A DNA stretch of 64,000 bases from Trypanosoma brucei (taxonomy: Eukaryota). Shown here piece by piece: positions 61,487 through 64,000 of this stretch. Position numbers and translations under genes: made by a program. Below the pieces are notes generated by a model. The model did no database searches and was not told where the DNA came from. It saw nothing but the letters and a program-made list of their open reading frames with translations. How positions within the stretch are numbered: the first letter of the stretch is position 1; every line of letters starts with the position of its first letter. The stretch is taken from the NCBI GenBank assembly GCA_000002445.1, contig CP000067.1:320001-384000 (forward strand), given 5' to 3'.

Positions 61487-64000
61487 TTACGAGTCTCCAC
61501 CAGCCTCAGCACTTGTGGTGGGGGTGTGTGATGAGTTGACGTGCGTCTTTTCTGCTTCACTTGAGCCCCCCTTGGGTTCTGTGCATGGTTCTATAATGAC
61601 GCCCTTCTCCTCCCACGGTTTCTCCGCCAAATCGTTCGGTTTGAATGGCGTACACACAAGTTCCTTTATGATGCAACGCAGTTCCTCCAGTTTTGCGTTG
61701 TTTTCCTCGTCATTCGGGTTCATGAACTTGCGTCCCAGGCAGACGTTGAGGGCACGTTTGAACTTCCGTATGAGTTCCAGTGTACCGAATGTTGCACGGA
61801 ACATAATCCACTCATCCACCACCGCCAAATTTAGGTCGTCGCGGTAAGTGACAGGCATGCTGCTGGTGCCCATTAAAAGAATGGTCCATAGTGACACATT
61901 GGTGAGATCCCGCACGAGCAGCCGTTCGGATTCCGATGACTTCACCAGCTCATCATACACGAAATAGGGCTGGCCAATATTTTCCTGTGATGTACGATGG
62001 ACAACAGATGCCGATGATGGGTCCAGTCGGTTGGCAAGTTTGTTCCTCATGAGGCGCTTCCCCCGGTTCATAACGACATTAGGAAATAGTCCAGAAGCAA
62101 CAACACACTTCACCAAGCCAACATTGAGAGAGTCGGCAGAGTACTCAGATTGGTCAACGAAGATATCTGCGCGGTCTTTATTTTTCGCATCTTTATAATT
62201 TTGCTTCATATGAATGAACCCACTGCCTGCAACAATTTCAAAGAACTGCTGTTTGTACTTGGAAACAGTAAGGAGCTGAGGGACGCTCAACATTCTCTCC
62301 TGCAGGTCATACACCACTTCCGCGGGCGTCTTTGCATAGTGCGACGTTACCCAAAAGTTGAAAGCGTTCACCGACGCAATTACATCAGATTGTGTACCGT
62401 ACGAGAGGTCTTCCTTGTGTAGTCGGACGGCTTCGCGATGTTCTCGTGTGCTTATAAAGACATCCGTGTCACTTACCCCGGCAATGGTGAGAGCGGAGTC
62501 CAAACACCTCAGAATGGCCCCCATAATCACCATCTTCCCCACCTTGGGCGCTACCGGTAACCTGGAAAGTCGTAGCCCAAGCGGCGTCAGTTGACGTGTA
62601 GATGTCGTGGCACCGAGTTCATGCAAGCGCTTCATGGCGGCTTCGATATGATCGGAGGACGGTGGTTCAAGTGCCTGCTGCAAGAAGTCGGCTGGGTCAC
62701 CCAAATCAAGGGCAAGAATCTGTAGACACAGTGAATCGAGGTGAGTGCGGAGCATTTCAGGCGTCTGAAAGTCATGCAGGCTTTGAAAATGCTTCTTCGA
62801 GTAGAGGCGAATGCACATACCTGGCCTCGTACGACCCACGCGACCACGGCGCTGGACACAGTTCGCCCGACTAGCATAGACGGTTACCAGCTGTGACATA
62901 GATCCCATCTCGTTGCGGCCCACAGACGTAGTTCCCTTACGCATGACATATGATTTCTCCTTTCCCCGACCAACGTCGATAACTGCTGCAACATCGTCTA
63001 TCGTTACACCACTTTCTGCGATGTTTGTTGAAAGGATAAGTTTGATTTTTCCTTCTGGCGCCGGAAGAAAGCATCGCATTTGCTCTTCTGCACCCACAGA
63101 GGAGTGCAAACATATGATATGAAACTTTGCGTTGCGCTCAAGTATCTCCTTTGCCCTGTTAATTTCATCCCACCCAGGTAGAAACACCAAGATAGAAGAG
63201 TCCGTTAAATCAAGCGACCTCACAGCGTGATCTATGGCGATCTGGATAGTCATGTAATCAATGTCCGCTGTAGCTTCTAAAAACCCGTACTTCGCGGTGG
63301 GAGGCACGACGGTTGGACAAAACCCGTCAGCTGCCCCATTTCTCTCCAAAGCTGCAGCCGCCTCTTTCAACAGAGGTGTCATGACATTCCGCTCAGTAGC
63401 AATGGGAACTAGGTCCTCCAGGTACATTTCCTCGACGGCGTGAACGTACCCCTCCACGTTGATGATCGGAGCATTACCGAAGTACTTGCCAAATTGATCC
63501 GCCTGCAACGTTGCACTCATGAGAATGACGTGAAGGTCCTTACGACGGTGCAGGAGCTGCCGCAGCAAAATCAGCAGAAAGTCTGAGTTAATGTCGCGTT
63601 CGTGTATCTCATCTATGATGAGATAATTAATCCCATTTAGCAGCGGGGCTGAGTGAAGAAGGCGGAGCAGTACGCCAGAAGTACAGAAGTTGATGTTCCG
63701 TCCTGGCTTTGCGTCCAGGCGAATGGAATATCCGCAGGTTTCTCCAATGCTTTCCAGTCGTTCAGCGGCGACGCGGCGTGCAATCGAAACCGCGCTTAGT
63801 CGACGGGGTTGAGTGATAACAATGGAACAATCACCACCCATTCCCTTCTCTGTCATGTCGTCCAAAATGTATTGAGGAACCTGTGTCGTCTTACCACACC
63901 CAGTTGTGCCGCAAATAATAACTATCTGATTGCTACTGATTGCACGCAAAATCTCATCCCGCTTCTCATAAATGCGCAGCCTCTGCCTCTGCGAAGCATA
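61487..64000 (-). CDS. DEAH-box ATP-dependent RNA helicase (DHX family; helicase core, HA2 and OB-fold). The 5' end is truncated by the window edge.
   Basis: The reading frame stays open to position 64000 (...ASQRQRLRIYEKRDEILRAISSNQIVIICGTTGCGKTTQVPQ). The track 'start' is TTG. Motif I GTTGCGKTTQ, motif II DEIHERD, SAT, and downstream HA2/OB regions are present. Confidence 0.9.
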   Translation of the reverse strand, partial: YASQRQRLRIYEKRDEILRAISSNQIVIICGTTGCGKTTQVPQYILDDMTEKGMGGDCSIVITQPRRLSAVSIARRVAAERLESIGETCGYSIRLDAKPGRNINFCTSGVLLRLLHSAPLLNGINYLIIDEIHERDINSDFLLILLRQLLHRRKDLHVILMSATLQADQFGKYFGNAPIINVEGYVHAVEEMYLEDLVPIATERNVMTPLLKEAAAALERNGAADGFCPTVVPPTAKYGFLEATADIDYMTIQIAIDHAVRSLDLTDSSILVFLPGWDEINRAKEILERNAKFHIICLHSSVGAEEQMRCFLPAPEGKIKLILSTNIAESGVTIDDVAAVIDVGRGKEKSYVMRKGTTSVGRNEMGSMSQLVTVYASRANCVQRRGRVGRTRPGMCIRLYSKKHFQSLHDFQTPEMLRTHLDSLCLQILALDLGDPADFLQQALEPPSSDHIEAAMKRLHELGATTSTRQLTPLGLRLSRLPVAPKVGKMVIMGAILRCLDSALTIAGVSDTDVFISTREHREAVRLHKEDLSYGTQSDVIASVNAFNFWVTSHYAKTPAEVVYDLQERMLSVPQLLTVSKYKQQFFEIVAGSGFIHMKQNYKDAKNKDRADIFVDQSEYSADSLNVGLVKCVVASGLFPNVVMNRGKRLMRNKLANRLDPSSASVVHRTSQENIGQPYFVYDELVKSSESERLLVRDLTNVSLWTILLMGTSSMPVTYRDDLNLAVVDEWIMFRATFGTLELIRKFKRALNVCLGRKFMNPNDEENNAKLEELRCIIKELVCTPFKPNDLAEKPWEEKGVIIEPCTEPKGGSSEAEKTHVNSSHTPTTSAEAGGDS

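Overview
This window reads as a core chromosomal segment of an African-trypanosome-type kinetoplastid genome, most consistent with Trypanosoma brucei chromosome 4 (species call rests on the U6/tRNA-Thr arrangement, the intron-containing tRNA-Tyr and the TOP1B-large/CPSF73 neighbourhood). All well-supported protein genes from about 8.1 kb to the right edge lie on the minus strand as one long polycistronic unit with no cis-introns. The left ~8 kb has no convincing protein genes except a possible plus-strand gene 3' end at 1..463. It contains a Pol III cluster: U6 snRNA (minus, 5763..5861), a divergent tRNA-Thr(CGU) 96 bp upstream (plus), and a convergent tRNA-Tyr(GUA) carrying the 11-nt intron (minus). 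This fits a convergent strand-switch / transcription-termination region. Recognisable genes include RuvB-like 1, topoisomerase IB large subunit, CPSF73, SNM1/PSO2, a DEAH helicase (truncated at the window edge), a PEX1/PEX6-like double AAA ATPase, a katanin/spastin-like AAA ATPase, glucose-6-phosphate 1-epimerase, D-aminoacyl-tRNA deacylase, a YbeY-like endoribonuclease, a glyoxalase-II-like protein with an N-terminal membrane extension, a BRAP2-like RING/ZnF-UBP protein, and several LRR, TPR, zinc-finger and membrane proteins. The ORF track uses TTG/GTG as starts, so several 5' ends were moved to the first in-frame ATG. I found no evidence of a novel multi-gene 'system'. The most checkable leads are a candidate extra Pol III transcript next to tRNA-Tyr, a membrane-anchored GLO2-like protein, a YbeY homologue and a large cysteine-module type I membrane glycoprotein. 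Coordinates of small features may be off by 1-2 nt.
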